DNA of 62,565 nt, counting the filler. It is 7 parts of 7 records of this genome, joined end to end, with 100 filler letters (N's around TTAATTAATTAA, not from the genome) between each part and the next. Parts side by side here need not be neighbours in the genome. Positions count along the whole stretch, not along the records: positions 35,067 to 50,147 come from SRR31156797_14361; 6 more parts are not named here. One strand, given 5' to 3'. The notes under the pieces were generated by a model. That model searched no databases and was not told the DNA's origin. It saw only the letters and a program-made list of their open reading frames with translations. Both the position numbers and the translations under genes were made by a program. Of this stretch, positions 38,741-48,751 are shown piece by piece (position 1 is the first letter of the stretch; each line of letters begins with the position of its first letter).

Positions 38741-39043
38741 ATGATAATATACAACACAAGCTATCTATTCGAACCAGAACTCGAAGTAACATTTATCAAT
38801 TGGATGAAAGCCAAATTTATTCCATTATTGGAAGAAACCGGTACTTTCAGTAATCATTATTTCTGTAAAGTAATGGTGGCTCAAGAAGATGGTGGACAAA
38901 CCTATTCCCTTCAATTGTTCTTTAAAACACAGGAGCAAATGGAAAAATATCGCAGCAGTTTTGAGCCTAGAACTAAGGCTGTATTTAATGCACGATTTCA
39001 AAATCAAGTAGTGAGTTTTTCATCTGTATTAAAAGAAATTTAA
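38741..39043 (+). CDS. DUF4286-family protein
   Basis: MIIYNTSY...WMK..FIP...GGQTYSLQ...VVSFSSVL; typical neighbour of ruvC in Bacteroidota. Confidence 0.75.
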   Translation: MIIYNTSYLFEPELEVTFINWMKAKFIPLLEETGTFSNHYFCKVMVAQEDGGQTYSLQLFFKTQEQMEKYRSSFEPRTKAVFNARFQNQVVSFSSVLKEI

Positions 39044-39046
39044 ATA

Positions 39047-39940
39047 TTGGAAAAACAGAAGAAAGCATACATCTACGCTCTATTGGCAATTTTTTGTTGG
39101 TCGACAGTTGCTTCGGCATTTAAAATTGCCCTTACGGGTATGGATTTTCTTCATTTATTACTGATATCATCGGGGACGGCGATTTTATTTTTAGCAATAT
39201 TACTAGGATTTACCGGCAAACTGAAAAATAGTTTAGCAGTAACAAAGAAGGAATATTTACGATCATCTATTCTGGGCTTCCTAAATCCTTTCCTTTATTA
39301 TTTGATATTACTAAAAGCTTATGACATATTGCCTGCTCAATTTGCCATGAGCTTAAATTACATTTGGCCAATTACATTGGTTCTCTTATCGATTCCACTA
39401 CTAAAACAAAAAATAAGCTTAAAGAGTATTTTCTGCATTTTCATAAGTTTTTCGGGAGTACTGGTAATTGCCAACAAAGGCTCTTTTTCTTCCATTGAAA
39501 CTCCAGACACATTAGGTGTTCTTATGGCACTTGGCAGTTCCATTTTTTGGGCATTGTACTGGATTTACAATGTAAGAGATAAAAGAGAAGCCAATGAAAA
39601 ACTTTTTCTGAATTTCATTTTTGGATTTGCATACATCGCCTTCACTATTCTTTTCTTTTCGGAATTTAAATTGCCATCGGCAAATCACATGTTAGCTGCT
39701 ATATATATTGGCATTGTTGAGTGTGGAATTGCTTATGTTCTTTGGCTTAACGCCATGAAACTGACAAGTTCAACTGATAAAATTGGCAATTTGGTATTTT
39801 TAAGTCCGTTTGCCTCTCTTATATTTATTAATCTAATTCTCCGAGAATCTATCTATCTTAGTACTCTTGCAGGATTGATTCTGATAATAGTTGGAATTAT
39901 CTTGCAAAAATTCGCACAAAAAAACAATCCAATTGAGTAA
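39047..39940 (+). CDS. DMT/EamA-family transporter
   Basis: About 10 TM segments; WSTVASAFK, LNPFLYY, LNYIWP. Confidence 0.88.
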   Translation: MEKQKKAYIYALLAIFCWSTVASAFKIALTGMDFLHLLLISSGTAILFLAILLGFTGKLKNSLAVTKKEYLRSSILGFLNPFLYYLILLKAYDILPAQFAMSLNYIWPITLVLLSIPLLKQKISLKSIFCIFISFSGVLVIANKGSFSSIETPDTLGVLMALGSSIFWALYWIYNVRDKREANEKLFLNFIFGFAYIAFTILFFSEFKLPSANHMLAAIYIGIVECGIAYVLWLNAMKLTSSTDKIGNLVFLSPFASLIFINLILRESIYLSTLAGLILIIVGIILQKFAQKNNPIE

Positions 39941-40487
39941 CGACAGAATTATTATGGGAATTGATCCGGGAACCAATTTAATGGGATACGGTTTAATTCG
40001 AGTTGTAAATAAAAAGCCGGAAATTCTGGTTTCAGGTGTTCTGGATTTAAAAAAAATCGCAGATCCATACATTAAACTGCAAAAAATTTTTCACCGAACC
40101 TTACAGGTTATCGATGAGTATAAACCGGATGAATTGGCAATTGAATCTCAATTTTTTGGAAAAAACGTTCAATCGATGTTAAAACTAGGACGCGCACAAG
40201 GAGTGGCAATTGCCGCTGCACTGCAACGTAATATTCCCATTTTTGAATATGCTCCTAAAAAAATTAAGTTGGCAATTACTGGTACAGGAACCGCATCGAA
40301 AGAACAGCTGGCAGTTATTCTGCAGCGCTATTTTAAAATGAAAGAATTTCCTCAAAACCCTGATGAATCGGATGCTATCGCAATTGCCATGTGTCACTTT
40401 TTCCAAAGTAATAATCCTATTGCCAAAGGGAAATCATCTTCATGGTCCGATTTTGTAAAGAAAAATCCGGGAAGAGTAAAAGGCTAA
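39933..40487 (+). CDS. ruvC: Holliday junction resolvase
   Basis: IMGIDPGT, LAIESQFFGKNVQSMLKLGRAQG, DESDAIAIAMCH. Confidence 0.96.
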   Translation: MSNDRIIMGIDPGTNLMGYGLIRVVNKKPEILVSGVLDLKKIADPYIKLQKIFHRTLQVIDEYKPDELAIESQFFGKNVQSMLKLGRAQGVAIAAALQRNIPIFEYAPKKIKLAITGTGTASKEQLAVILQRYFKMKEFPQNPDESDAIAIAMCHFFQSNNPIAKGKSSSWSDFVKKNPGRVKG

Positions 40488-40500
40488 TTTTTTAGAAATA

Positions 40501-40526
40501 AAAAAGCCGCTAAAAATTAGCAGCTT
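40501..40526. terminator. hairpin between convergent ruvC and HIT genes
   Basis: AAAAAGCCGCTAA-AAA-TTAGCAGCTT. Confidence 0.6.
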
Positions 40527-40546
40527 GATTTACATAAAGAATAATC

Positions 40547-40942
40547 TTACTCTAAATTTTTACGTATTGCTTCTGCAACTTCAGACATTTCTTCCTGAGT
40601 AAAACTCAATTTTGGATTGGCAAAATTCAAATCACTAATGTTATCAATTGGAACCAAGTGAATGTGTGTATGAGGAACTTCTAATCCGATAACTGCTACA
40701 CCAATTCTCTTGCATTCAACACTTTTTTCGACTGCTTTGGCAATTTTCTTAGCAAACAAATTTAATCCGCTCAATTCCTCATCTTCCAAATCGAAAATAT
40801 AATCAACTTCTTGCTTAGGAACAACCAAAGTATGTCCTTTTGCCAAAGGACTGATATCTAGAAAAGCAAAATATTTGTCGGTTTCGGCAATCTTATGGCA
40901 AGGAATTTCTCCTTGAATTATTTTTGTGAAAATTGAAGCCAT
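40547..40942 (-). CDS. HIT-family protein
   Basis: AFLDISPLAKGHTLVVPK; VPHTHIHLVP histidine triad. Confidence 0.93.
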   Translation of the reverse strand: MASIFTKIIQGEIPCHKIAETDKYFAFLDISPLAKGHTLVVPKQEVDYIFDLEDEELSGLNLFAKKIAKAVEKSVECKRIGVAVIGLEVPHTHIHLVPIDNISDLNFANPKLSFTQEEMSEVAEAIRKNLE

Positions 40943-40975
40943 ATCTTATAGTTTTGAATCTTTTACAATAGTTGA

Positions 40976-41449
40976 TTAAATAGAAATCTCAACAATCTCG
41001 AAAGGAATAATTCCATTTGGAACCTGAATTTCCACAACATCACCAACTTTTTTGCCAATTAAACCTTTAGCAATTGGAGTATTGATTGATAATTTTCCTT
41101 TTTTGAAATCAGCTTCCGATTCCGAAACCAAAGTATATGTCATCACAGCACCATTTTTCTGATTTTTAATGGTAACCTTGTTCATCATCTGAACTTTCGA
41201 TGTATCAATTTTAGTTTCATCAATTACACGGCTATTGGCTACCACACCTCTCAACTGTGCAATTTTTGCCTCTAATAATCCTTGAGCTTCTTTTGCTGCA
41301 TCGTATTCTGCATTTTCTGATAAATCTCCCTTATCAATTGCTTCACCGATTTGCTTTGAGATTTTAGGACGTTCAATCGTCTCTAATTGTTCAAGCTCTT
41401 CTCTTAATTTTTTTAAACCTTCTGCTGTTATATAAGAATAACCAGACAT
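40976..41449 (-). CDS. greA: transcription elongation factor GreA
   Basis: GDLSENAEYDAAKE; PIAKGLIGKKVGD. Confidence 0.96.
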   Translation of the reverse strand: MSGYSYITAEGLKKLREELEQLETIERPKISKQIGEAIDKGDLSENAEYDAAKEAQGLLEAKIAQLRGVVANSRVIDETKIDTSKVQMMNKVTIKNQKNGAVMTYTLVSESEADFKKGKLSINTPIAKGLIGKKVGDVVEIQVPNGIIPFEIVEISI

Positions 41450-41508
41450 AATATCCTCCTATTTATTTTTTTCTTGATTTTTTAATACCCAGATCTTTAA
41501 GAATCTAT

Positions 41509-41558
41509 AAAAACAAAAAGAATCCCGACAAGGCGGAACTCTTCAAGGCGCAAATATA
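41509..41558 (-). promoter_or_regulatory. greA promoter -7 element followed by leader terminator hairpin
   Basis: TATATTTG (41558-41551), then AAGAGTTCCG-CCTTGT-CGGGATTCTT-TTTGTTTTT. Confidence 0.6.
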
Positions 41559-41628
41559 TTAATTATATCAATAAGCCCTTTCTCAAATAGTGTTTAACTG
41601 GGACTTATAAAAGTACAAAAAAAATAAA

Positions 41629-42063
41629 CTATTGATACTTTCTATCCAAAATTTCCTTGTAAATAATTGCTTGGCGCCAGTCTATCTCTTCATCTTCACT
41701 GGACTCATCCTCGTCTTCATAGTTTTTTCTCAAGTCATCAAAAACACTTTTCTTAGGTTGATCTGAATACTCAATACTCGAAATTTTTACCTCTGGTATT
41801 TTTTCAACTATTTCTTCTTTAACAGGGAACTCTTCAATTTCCTCGTACGTTTGCTCATAAGGTTTCGGAATTTCCTGACCTAGTAAAGCTTCAAAAACAG
41901 AATCGAAACTATTATCCTCAGATTGTTTTGGTCTCACTGGCTGTTCATATTCCTCCTCATCAGGCGGACTTACAGCTACCGGTTTCTTCTTTTTTAGTGC
42001 TCCAAACACACCAAAAAGTGCTAGTAATATCAGATAAATTATATTTCCCCAACCTTCGTCCAT
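41629..42063 (-). CDS. hypothetical acidic protein with N-terminal TM helix
   Basis: TM then KKKK; C-terminal DWRQAIIYKEILDRKY. Confidence 0.75.
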   Translation of the reverse strand: MDEGWGNIIYLILLALFGVFGALKKKKPVAVSPPDEEEYEQPVRPKQSEDNSFDSVFEALLGQEIPKPYEQTYEEIEEFPVKEEIVEKIPEVKISSIEYSDQPKKSVFDDLRKNYEDEDESSEDEEIDWRQAIIYKEILDRKYQ

Positions 42064-42156
42064 GAGTATACAAATAATGTGATTTTTATTTCTAGTTTTA
42101 CCGCAACGAAATACTAAAACTCATGTATACTCGTTATAATCGCAAAACTTTAAACT

Positions 42157-42618
42157 ATGAATGTCAACAAATCAAATTTACTATATTTTTTTCTTTTACT
42201 TACTTTAAGCTCTCTTTTTTGTTCATGTAGTTCCAATTCTGAAGAAGATGAAATAATTCCCAACACTTATATAAATGCTACGATATATTTAGATTATTAT
42301 AGCGAATTAGGTTCTGTAGGTAATGCTGTTTATTTTCAAACCATTAATGGAAGCAATGTTGGATACCTTGGGCACGGCATTATTATAGTAAAAGTAAACG
42401 ATGGATTTTCTGCCTTTGATGCTACATGTTCGCACGATATAGAAGATGAAGCTCATGTAGAATTGGATGGGACTTTTGCAGAATGTCCAGTATGTAATAG
42501 TAAATTTAATCTTCTCGATGGTGGATATCCATTCGAAGGATCTGTTGCAAGATATCCATTAAAAGAATTTTCTACTAGCTATTCGTCTTCCAGCAATACT
42601 CTTCGTATTTACAACTAA
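42157..42618 (+). CDS. Rieske-like lipoprotein
   Basis: Lipobox LFCSC; AFDATCSH...AECPVCNSKFNL..G.P. Confidence 0.75.
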   Translation: MNVNKSNLLYFFLLLTLSSLFCSCSSNSEEDEIIPNTYINATIYLDYYSELGSVGNAVYFQTINGSNVGYLGHGIIIVKVNDGFSAFDATCSHDIEDEAHVELDGTFAECPVCNSKFNLLDGGYPFEGSVARYPLKEFSTSYSSSSNTLRIYN

Positions 42619-42809
42619 TTTTAAGAAATAAAAAAATAGTCCTTTTCGTAAAGAACTAATTTTCACACCTTAAATATAACAAAATCAGGATACAATCAAA
42701 ATCCACAAAATTTTACTTTTTTAGATTTTATAGTTAAAAAACCTTGACACGGTAAACAATAATGTATAATTTGAAAGGAAATTCACCTATTCAAATTAAT
42801 TTTTATCCT

Positions 42810-45329
42810 ATGAAAAAAACATTATTACTACTAGTGTTCGGGGTATTATTGGCTCCCTTCACAAGTTTTGCAAGTGAAGCCGATTTAGTTGTTCCGGATC
42901 TTAAACAAAGTATTTTTGAAGGTTTGTTCGGAATGAATGGCTGGGACTTGCTATTTTACGGCATCATTGTAATTGCATTAGGACTGTTATTTGGTATGGT
43001 ACAATTCAATCGTATCAAAAAACTTCCAGTACATCACTCAATGGCCAAGGTTTCAAATATTATTTACGAAACCTGTAAAACTTACTTGTTACAACAAGGG
43101 AAATTTTTGATTATTCTTTTTGTTATTATAGGTGTTGCCATAGCCTATTACTTTATAGCATTGGCACATGTATCAGTACCTAAAACCATGTTGATCCTAC
43201 TTTGGACAGTACTTGGTATTTTAGGATCTTATGGTGTGGCTTGGTTTGGAATCAGAATAAACACTTACGCAAACAGTCGTACTTCATTTGCTGCACTTAA
43301 GAAGAAACCTTTCGATGTAATGTCTATTCCTTTACAGGCAGGTATGAGTGTTGGTCTTCTTTTAATTTGTGTAGAATTAATCATGATGATTGCCATTCTT
43401 CTTTTCATTCCTGGTGAAAGTGCCGGAGCATGTTTTGTTGGATTTGCAATTGGAGAATCATTGGGTGCATCAGCATTAAGAATTGCTGGTGGTATCTTTA
43501 CAAAAATTGCTGATATTGGAGCCGATTTAATGAAAATTGTCTTTAAAATTGGTGAAGATGATCCTCGTAATCCGGGTGTAATTGCCGACTGTACTGGTGA
43601 TAATGCGGGTGATAGTGTAGGTCCTACTGCAGATGGTTTTGAAACTTATGGTGTAACTGGTGTTGCCCTAATTACTTTCATCATCTTAATGTTTGGTGAA
43701 ACCGGTTTGATGCCAAATGTTGGGTTTGCCTCTACACTAATTGTCTGGATTTTTGCCATGCGTGTTTTGATGATCTTCACATCGGTTTTGGCGTATCTTG
43801 TAAATCAGGGAATTGCTAAAGCAAAATACAGCAAGCTGGATAGCTTTGATTTTGAAGCCCCTTTAACTGCATTAGTTTGGATTACTTCTATTATTTCAAT
43901 TATAGTAACATATGCTTTAAGTTATGTACTGATTTCTGATCTTCCGGAAGGATTGTGGTGGAAATTGTCTACCATTATTTCCTGTGGTACATTAGCTGCT
44001 GCCATAATTCCTGAATTTACAAAAGCTTTTACAAGCTCCAACTCTCGTCACGTAAACGAGGTGGTAAGTGCTTCCCGCGAAGGAGGAGCATCTTTAACCA
44101 TTTTATCGGGTATGGTTGCAGGTAATTTCTCCGCTTTCTGGAAAGGAATGGTTATGATGGCTTTAATGGCTGTTGCATTCTATACTGTTCAGGATATTGC
44201 AATTTTTGGTGAATACCCTGGAATTTTCGCCTTTGGTTTAGTTGCCTTTGGTTTCTTAGGTATGGGACCTGTAACCATTGCTGTTGACAGTTATGGTCCG
44301 GTAACCGATAATGCACAATCTGTATTTGAACTATCGCAGATCGAAAAAATTCCAAATATTAAAGAAGAAATTAACAAAGACTTTGGTTTCGAACCTAATT
44401 TTGAAACTGGAAAGCACAATTTGGAAGAAAACGATTCGGCAGGTAATACATTTAAAGCAACTGCTAAGCCTGTATTAATTGGTACAGCCGTGATTGGTGC
44501 AACAACAATGATTTTTGCAATCATCTTACTTCTGAAAGGAACTGTTCTATCTACAGGTGAGTCCTTATTGCAAATTCAATTGACTGATCCTTCTGTTATT
44601 CTTGGTTTGATTACTGGTGGAGCCGTTATTTACTGGTTCTCTGGAGCATCGATGCAGGCGGTTACAACCGGAGCTTATCGTGCGGTTGAATACATCAAGA
44701 AAAATATCAATTTAGATAAAACTGAAGCTGATATTGAAGATTCTAAGAATGTTGTAAAGATTTGTACTCAATATGCACAAACAGGAATGTGGAATATTTT
44801 TGCCGTAATTCTAAGTTTAACCTTGGCATTCGCATTCTTCAGTCCTAACTTCTTTGTTGCTTATTTAATTTCGATTGCGATTTTTGGTCTGTTTCAGGCA
44901 ATGTATATGGCTAATGCCGGTGGTGCATGGGATAATGCCAAAAAAGTTGTTGAAGTAGATTTAAAAGAGAAAAACACACCTTTACACGATGCAACGATTA
45001 TTGGTGATACTGTTGGTGATCCTTATAAAGATACTTCTTCGGTTGCACTAAATCCAATTATTAAATTCTCAACTTTATTTGGACTGTTAGCAGCTGAAAT
45101 TGCAATTGAGCTAATAGTTCAAGCAGATAAAACTGGAGAAGCAAATATCGCACCTTATATTGGTGGAGTATTTTTGATCATTGGCTTGTACTTTGTATAC
45201 CGTTCGTTCTACAGTATGAGAATTCCTAAAAAACCAATTGGAGAAGCAAATGAAAAACCAGAAGCAAAAAACGATGAAATAAGTTCAAATCATCAACAAA
45301 ACGCTCCGATTGAAGCTAGTAAAAATTAA
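42810..45329 (+). CDS. hppA: membrane-bound ion-translocating pyrophosphatase
   Basis: GGIFTKIADIGADL, EDDPRNPGVIADCTGDNAGD, YGPVTDNA, GNTFKA, GGAWDNAKK, GDTVGDPYKDT; likely start ATG 42810. Confidence 0.96.
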   Translation: MKKTLLLLVFGVLLAPFTSFASEADLVVPDLKQSIFEGLFGMNGWDLLFYGIIVIALGLLFGMVQFNRIKKLPVHHSMAKVSNIIYETCKTYLLQQGKFLIILFVIIGVAIAYYFIALAHVSVPKTMLILLWTVLGILGSYGVAWFGIRINTYANSRTSFAALKKKPFDVMSIPLQAGMSVGLLLICVELIMMIAILLFIPGESAGACFVGFAIGESLGASALRIAGGIFTKIADIGADLMKIVFKIGEDDPRNPGVIADCTGDNAGDSVGPTADGFETYGVTGVALITFIILMFGETGLMPNVGFASTLIVWIFAMRVLMIFTSVLAYLVNQGIAKAKYSKLDSFDFEAPLTALVWITSIISIIVTYALSYVLISDLPEGLWWKLSTIISCGTLAAAIIPEFTKAFTSSNSRHVNEVVSASREGGASLTILSGMVAGNFSAFWKGMVMMALMAVAFYTVQDIAIFGEYPGIFAFGLVAFGFLGMGPVTIAVDSYGPVTDNAQSVFELSQIEKIPNIKEEINKDFGFEPNFETGKHNLEENDSAGNTFKATAKPVLIGTAVIGATTMIFAIILLLKGTVLSTGESLLQIQLTDPSVILGLITGGAVIYWFSGASMQAVTTGAYRAVEYIKKNINLDKTEADIEDSKNVVKICTQYAQTGMWNIFAVILSLTLAFAFFSPNFFVAYLISIAIFGLFQAMYMANAGGAWDNAKKVVEVDLKEKNTPLHDATIIGDTVGDPYKDTSSVALNPIIKFSTLFGLLAAEIAIELIVQADKTGEANIAPYIGGVFLIIGLYFVYRSFYSMRIPKKPIGEANEKPEAKNDEISSNHQQNAPIEASKN

Positions 45330-45340
45330 ATTTGAATCAT

Positions 45341-45378
45341 AAAAAGAGCCCCGAAGAATTATCTTCGGGGTTATTTTT
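45341..45378. terminator. bidirectional terminator between hppA and ribF
   Basis: GCCCCGAAGA-ATTA-TCTTCGGGGT flanked by A and T tracts. Confidence 0.75.
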
Positions 45379-46307
45379 TACCCCAATAATTCAACCACTG
45401 CTTCCTTATCTTTTGCCAATTGTACTTTTAATTCATCAATAGAATTAAAGAATTGCTCGTTTCTAATGCGCTTGTAAAAATGAATGGTAATGTTCTTGTA
45501 GTAAATGTCCTGATCAAAATCTAAAATATGTACTTCAATTGAACGATTATCTAATTGATTGTTTACTGTAGGACGGACTCCAATATTCAACATTCCCAAA
45601 TATCTTTTATCATCTACATCAACCTTAACAGCGTAAACACCATCTTTAGGAACTAACTTGTAGCTTTCCTGGGGATCTATATTTGCTGTAGGAAATCCAA
45701 TTTTATGCCCTAGTTTCTTACCATCGATTACGTCACCTTTGATAAAAAAACGATAGCCCAAATATTTATTGGCAGTTTTGATATCGCCTTCAGAAATTGC
45801 TTTGCGAACCTTAGTTGAACTTACATTTATCGCATCCATATTCAGCACATCCTGTCGCTCAATCTTAAAGTTTAATTGATCAGCAAATACCTTTAAATCT
45901 TCGTATTTTCCTTCTCTGTTATGACCAAATCTGTGATCGTATCCAACAACCAGATATCTCATACCCAATTGTTTTACCAATATCTGCTCAACAAACTCAA
46001 CGTAAGATAATTTCGAAAACTCTTTGGTAAACGGATAAATTACCAAATGATCAATTCCTGCGGCTTCTAACAATACCTTTTTTTCCTCTAATGTATTGAT
46101 CAAACGAAGCCCATTATTCTCCTCATTTAAAACCAATCTTGGGTGAGGATAAAAGGTGAAGATTACGGTTTCTCCTTTTACTTTATGAGCCAATTCCTGC
46201 AGGCGACGAATTACCTTACGATGTCCCAAATGAACACCATCAAAAGTACCAATAGTAACTACAGGGTTAAGGGCAGAGAAATCTTTAAGATCCGTATATA
46301 TTTTCAT
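45378..46307 (-). CDS. ribF: bifunctional riboflavin kinase/FAD synthetase
   Basis: TIGTFDGVHLGH, VGYDHRFG, VSSTKVR, IGFPTAN, NIGVRPT. Confidence 0.97.
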   Translation of the reverse strand: MKIYTDLKDFSALNPVVTIGTFDGVHLGHRKVIRRLQELAHKVKGETVIFTFYPHPRLVLNEENNGLRLINTLEEKKVLLEAAGIDHLVIYPFTKEFSKLSYVEFVEQILVKQLGMRYLVVGYDHRFGHNREGKYEDLKVFADQLNFKIERQDVLNMDAINVSSTKVRKAISEGDIKTANKYLGYRFFIKGDVIDGKKLGHKIGFPTANIDPQESYKLVPKDGVYAVKVDVDDKRYLGMLNIGVRPTVNNQLDNRSIEVHILDFDQDIYYKNITIHFYKRIRNEQFFNSIDELKVQLAKDKEAVVELLG

Positions 46308-46695
46308 TCCTGATATTTAATTTGAATAGAAAGCAACTGTACCAAATCAAGACAAAGAATATTAATTTCCAGTTCGGTATTGTTATTCTACCAGCTATCT
46401 TTCGTGGCAAAAATATGAAAATTTCGGGAACATTCTGATAATTGCCATTCTCAGTTCTACGAAATGATACCTGAGTTTCCAAACAAAATTATCCATGCCA
46501 ATAAGTTAATAATGATAAAACAGGAAATTATTAGTAAATTTCCGCCTCGCGATTCTAGAATACTTAATGTATATTCAATTGCAAAAATTCAAATTTTAAA
46601 TATTCGTTAAAAACATATTTGATAACAAAGATGTTACGACTATTTTAAAGTAAAACTGAGAATAATAAAGCTTAATAACGCAAACTAATCATAGA

Positions 46696-47850
46696 ATGAG
46701 AAAACTATTATTTGCCCTTCCCCTACTTTTGTTTTGGGCCTGCAATCAGAAAGACACCGTTAAATTTGAAGGTAAAATAGATAATGCCGATGGTAAAATT
46801 TTATATCTGGATAAATTAAATGTTGGTAGCACTCAAGTGCTTGATTCGGTAACTCTTGATAATGAAGGGAGATTTAAATTTAAAGTTGAAAATACAAAAC
46901 CTGAATTTTATTTGTTGCGCCTATCAAATGGCAAATTGATCACACTACTTGCTGAAGCAAATGAAACCATATTGCTACACAGTAATAGTGAAGATATGGG
47001 TAAAAAATATATCGTTGAAGGTTCGAAAGGATCTAAATTAGTGAAGGAAATTAACGATAAATTAAACGATACCAAGGAAAAATTAGCTTCCATTCGTAAA
47101 GAAATGGAAGAGAAGAAAAATGATCCAGATTTCTCTACAGTATCGCAAAATTTAGTAGCTGATTACGTAAAAGCTCTACAAGAACAAAGAGAGTTCTCTA
47201 TTGATTTTATCATGAAAAATGCCACATCACTATCGAGTTATATGGCCTTATATCAAAAAATTGACAAGAACACTTTTACTCTAAACGAAAACAAAGACAT
47301 TCAGTTTGTAAAAATTGTGGCTTCGTCGATGAAGGCACTTTATCCTGAGCATGAGTATACCAAAGCTATTTTGTCCAATCTTAAGGAATTACAAAAACGC
47401 ATGGACAATATTAAAGTGCAGCAATTAATTCAGGAAAAAGGCAGTGATTTCCCTGAAATCAACCTTCCTGATGTTAATGGTAAAAATAGAAAATTGAGCG
47501 CACTGAAGGGGAAATTCATCATCTTAAGCTATTGGGCTTCTCAAGATGCTGTATCAAGAAAACAAAATGAAACCTTAAAGAAAATTTATAAAAAATATAA
47601 AAACAGAGGATTAACAATTTACCAGGTTTCTGTTGATGATGATGAAAAGCTGTGGAAAAAAGCAATTCAGGAAGATCAGTTAAACTGGATAAATGTTTGT
47701 GATCCGGAAACAGCAAGTTCTTCGGCAGTCCGTCTTTATAACATACAAAGAGTTCCTGCAAACTATTTAATCGATCAAAGAGGAGAAATAGTAGGTAAAG
47801 ATCTTTTTGGTAGTAGACTGGAAGAAAAAGTTGCTGAGTACGTAAAATAA
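46696..47850 (+). CDS. TlpA/AhpC-TSA-family lipoprotein with DUF4369-like N-terminus, CxxC lost
   Basis: Lipobox FWAC; ILSYWASQDAVSR in place of FWASWCxPCR; YQVSVD. Confidence 0.82.
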   Translation: MRKLLFALPLLLFWACNQKDTVKFEGKIDNADGKILYLDKLNVGSTQVLDSVTLDNEGRFKFKVENTKPEFYLLRLSNGKLITLLAEANETILLHSNSEDMGKKYIVEGSKGSKLVKEINDKLNDTKEKLASIRKEMEEKKNDPDFSTVSQNLVADYVKALQEQREFSIDFIMKNATSLSSYMALYQKIDKNTFTLNENKDIQFVKIVASSMKALYPEHEYTKAILSNLKELQKRMDNIKVQQLIQEKGSDFPEINLPDVNGKNRKLSALKGKFIILSYWASQDAVSRKQNETLKKIYKKYKNRGLTIYQVSVDDDEKLWKKAIQEDQLNWINVCDPETASSSAVRLYNIQRVPANYLIDQRGEIVGKDLFGSRLEEKVAEYVK

Positions 47851-47938
47851 ATTCAACGACATAATTTAATAAGGATCTCATTTTTCTCTTTTAGAAAAGA
47901 ATGAGATCTTTATGTAAGTAATTATTTGTACCAATAAA

Positions 47939-48703
47939 ATGAGCGACAATAAAAAAATATACTTTGCATCCGACGTACATCTAGGAGCACCTGCATTAAA
48001 AAACAATCGTGAACGAGAACGGTTATTTGTAAAATGGCTTGATTCCGTTAAGAAAGATGCAAGTGAAATATACCTGATGGGTGATATCTTTGATTTTTGG
48101 TTCGAATACAAACGAGCTGTTCCAAGAGGTTTTACTCGTGTTTTAGGTAAGATTGCCGAAATTACTGATTCCGGAATTCCAGTATATTTTTTTACTGGAA
48201 ATCACGACATTTGGGTATTTGATTACCTTCCTTCAGAAGTTGGAGTCATCGTTCATAGAGATATCGTAAAAAAAGAGATCAATGGAAAGAAATTTTTCCT
48301 TGGGCATGGCGATGGCTTGGGACCTTTTGACAAAAATTACAAACTTTTAAAGAAAATTTTCACCAGTCCTTTTCTACAATGGTCATTTGCTCGTATCCAT
48401 CCTAATTTTTCTATTTGGCTGGCTCACAAATGGTCTGGTCACAGCAGATTGAGAGATGGAAAAATAGAGGCTGACGATTACCGCGGTGAAGACAAGGAAT
48501 GGTTGGTTCTTTTTGCAAAGGATGAATTGGAGAAAGAACATTTCGATTATTTTGTTTTTGGTCATCGTCATTGGCCTTGCAATATCGATTTGAATGGAAA
48601 TAGCAGATACATTAATACTGGCGATTGGGTTACACATTTTACCTATGCGGTATTTGATGGTGAGAAAATGGAATTGAAAGAGTTTGAGAAACCGAAGATG
48701 TAA
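47939..48703 (+). CDS. lpxH: UDP-2,3-diacylglucosamine diphosphatase
   Basis: SDVHLG, GDIFDFWFEY, GNHD, HGD, FGHRH, GDW. Confidence 0.88.
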   Translation: MSDNKKIYFASDVHLGAPALKNNRERERLFVKWLDSVKKDASEIYLMGDIFDFWFEYKRAVPRGFTRVLGKIAEITDSGIPVYFFTGNHDIWVFDYLPSEVGVIVHRDIVKKEINGKKFFLGHGDGLGPFDKNYKLLKKIFTSPFLQWSFARIHPNFSIWLAHKWSGHSRLRDGKIEADDYRGEDKEWLVLFAKDELEKEHFDYFVFGHRHWPCNIDLNGNSRYINTGDWVTHFTYAVFDGEKMELKEFEKPKM

Positions 48704-48751
48704 TCACAAAGAACACAGCGGTTTTTATACTTTATGGCTAAATAAATTGAG

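Noticed and set aside
42064-42132. GAGTATACA/TGTATACTC inverted repeat between divergent genes
   Set aside because: Only 9 bp in AT-rich DNA with a ~50-bp spacer; insufficient support.
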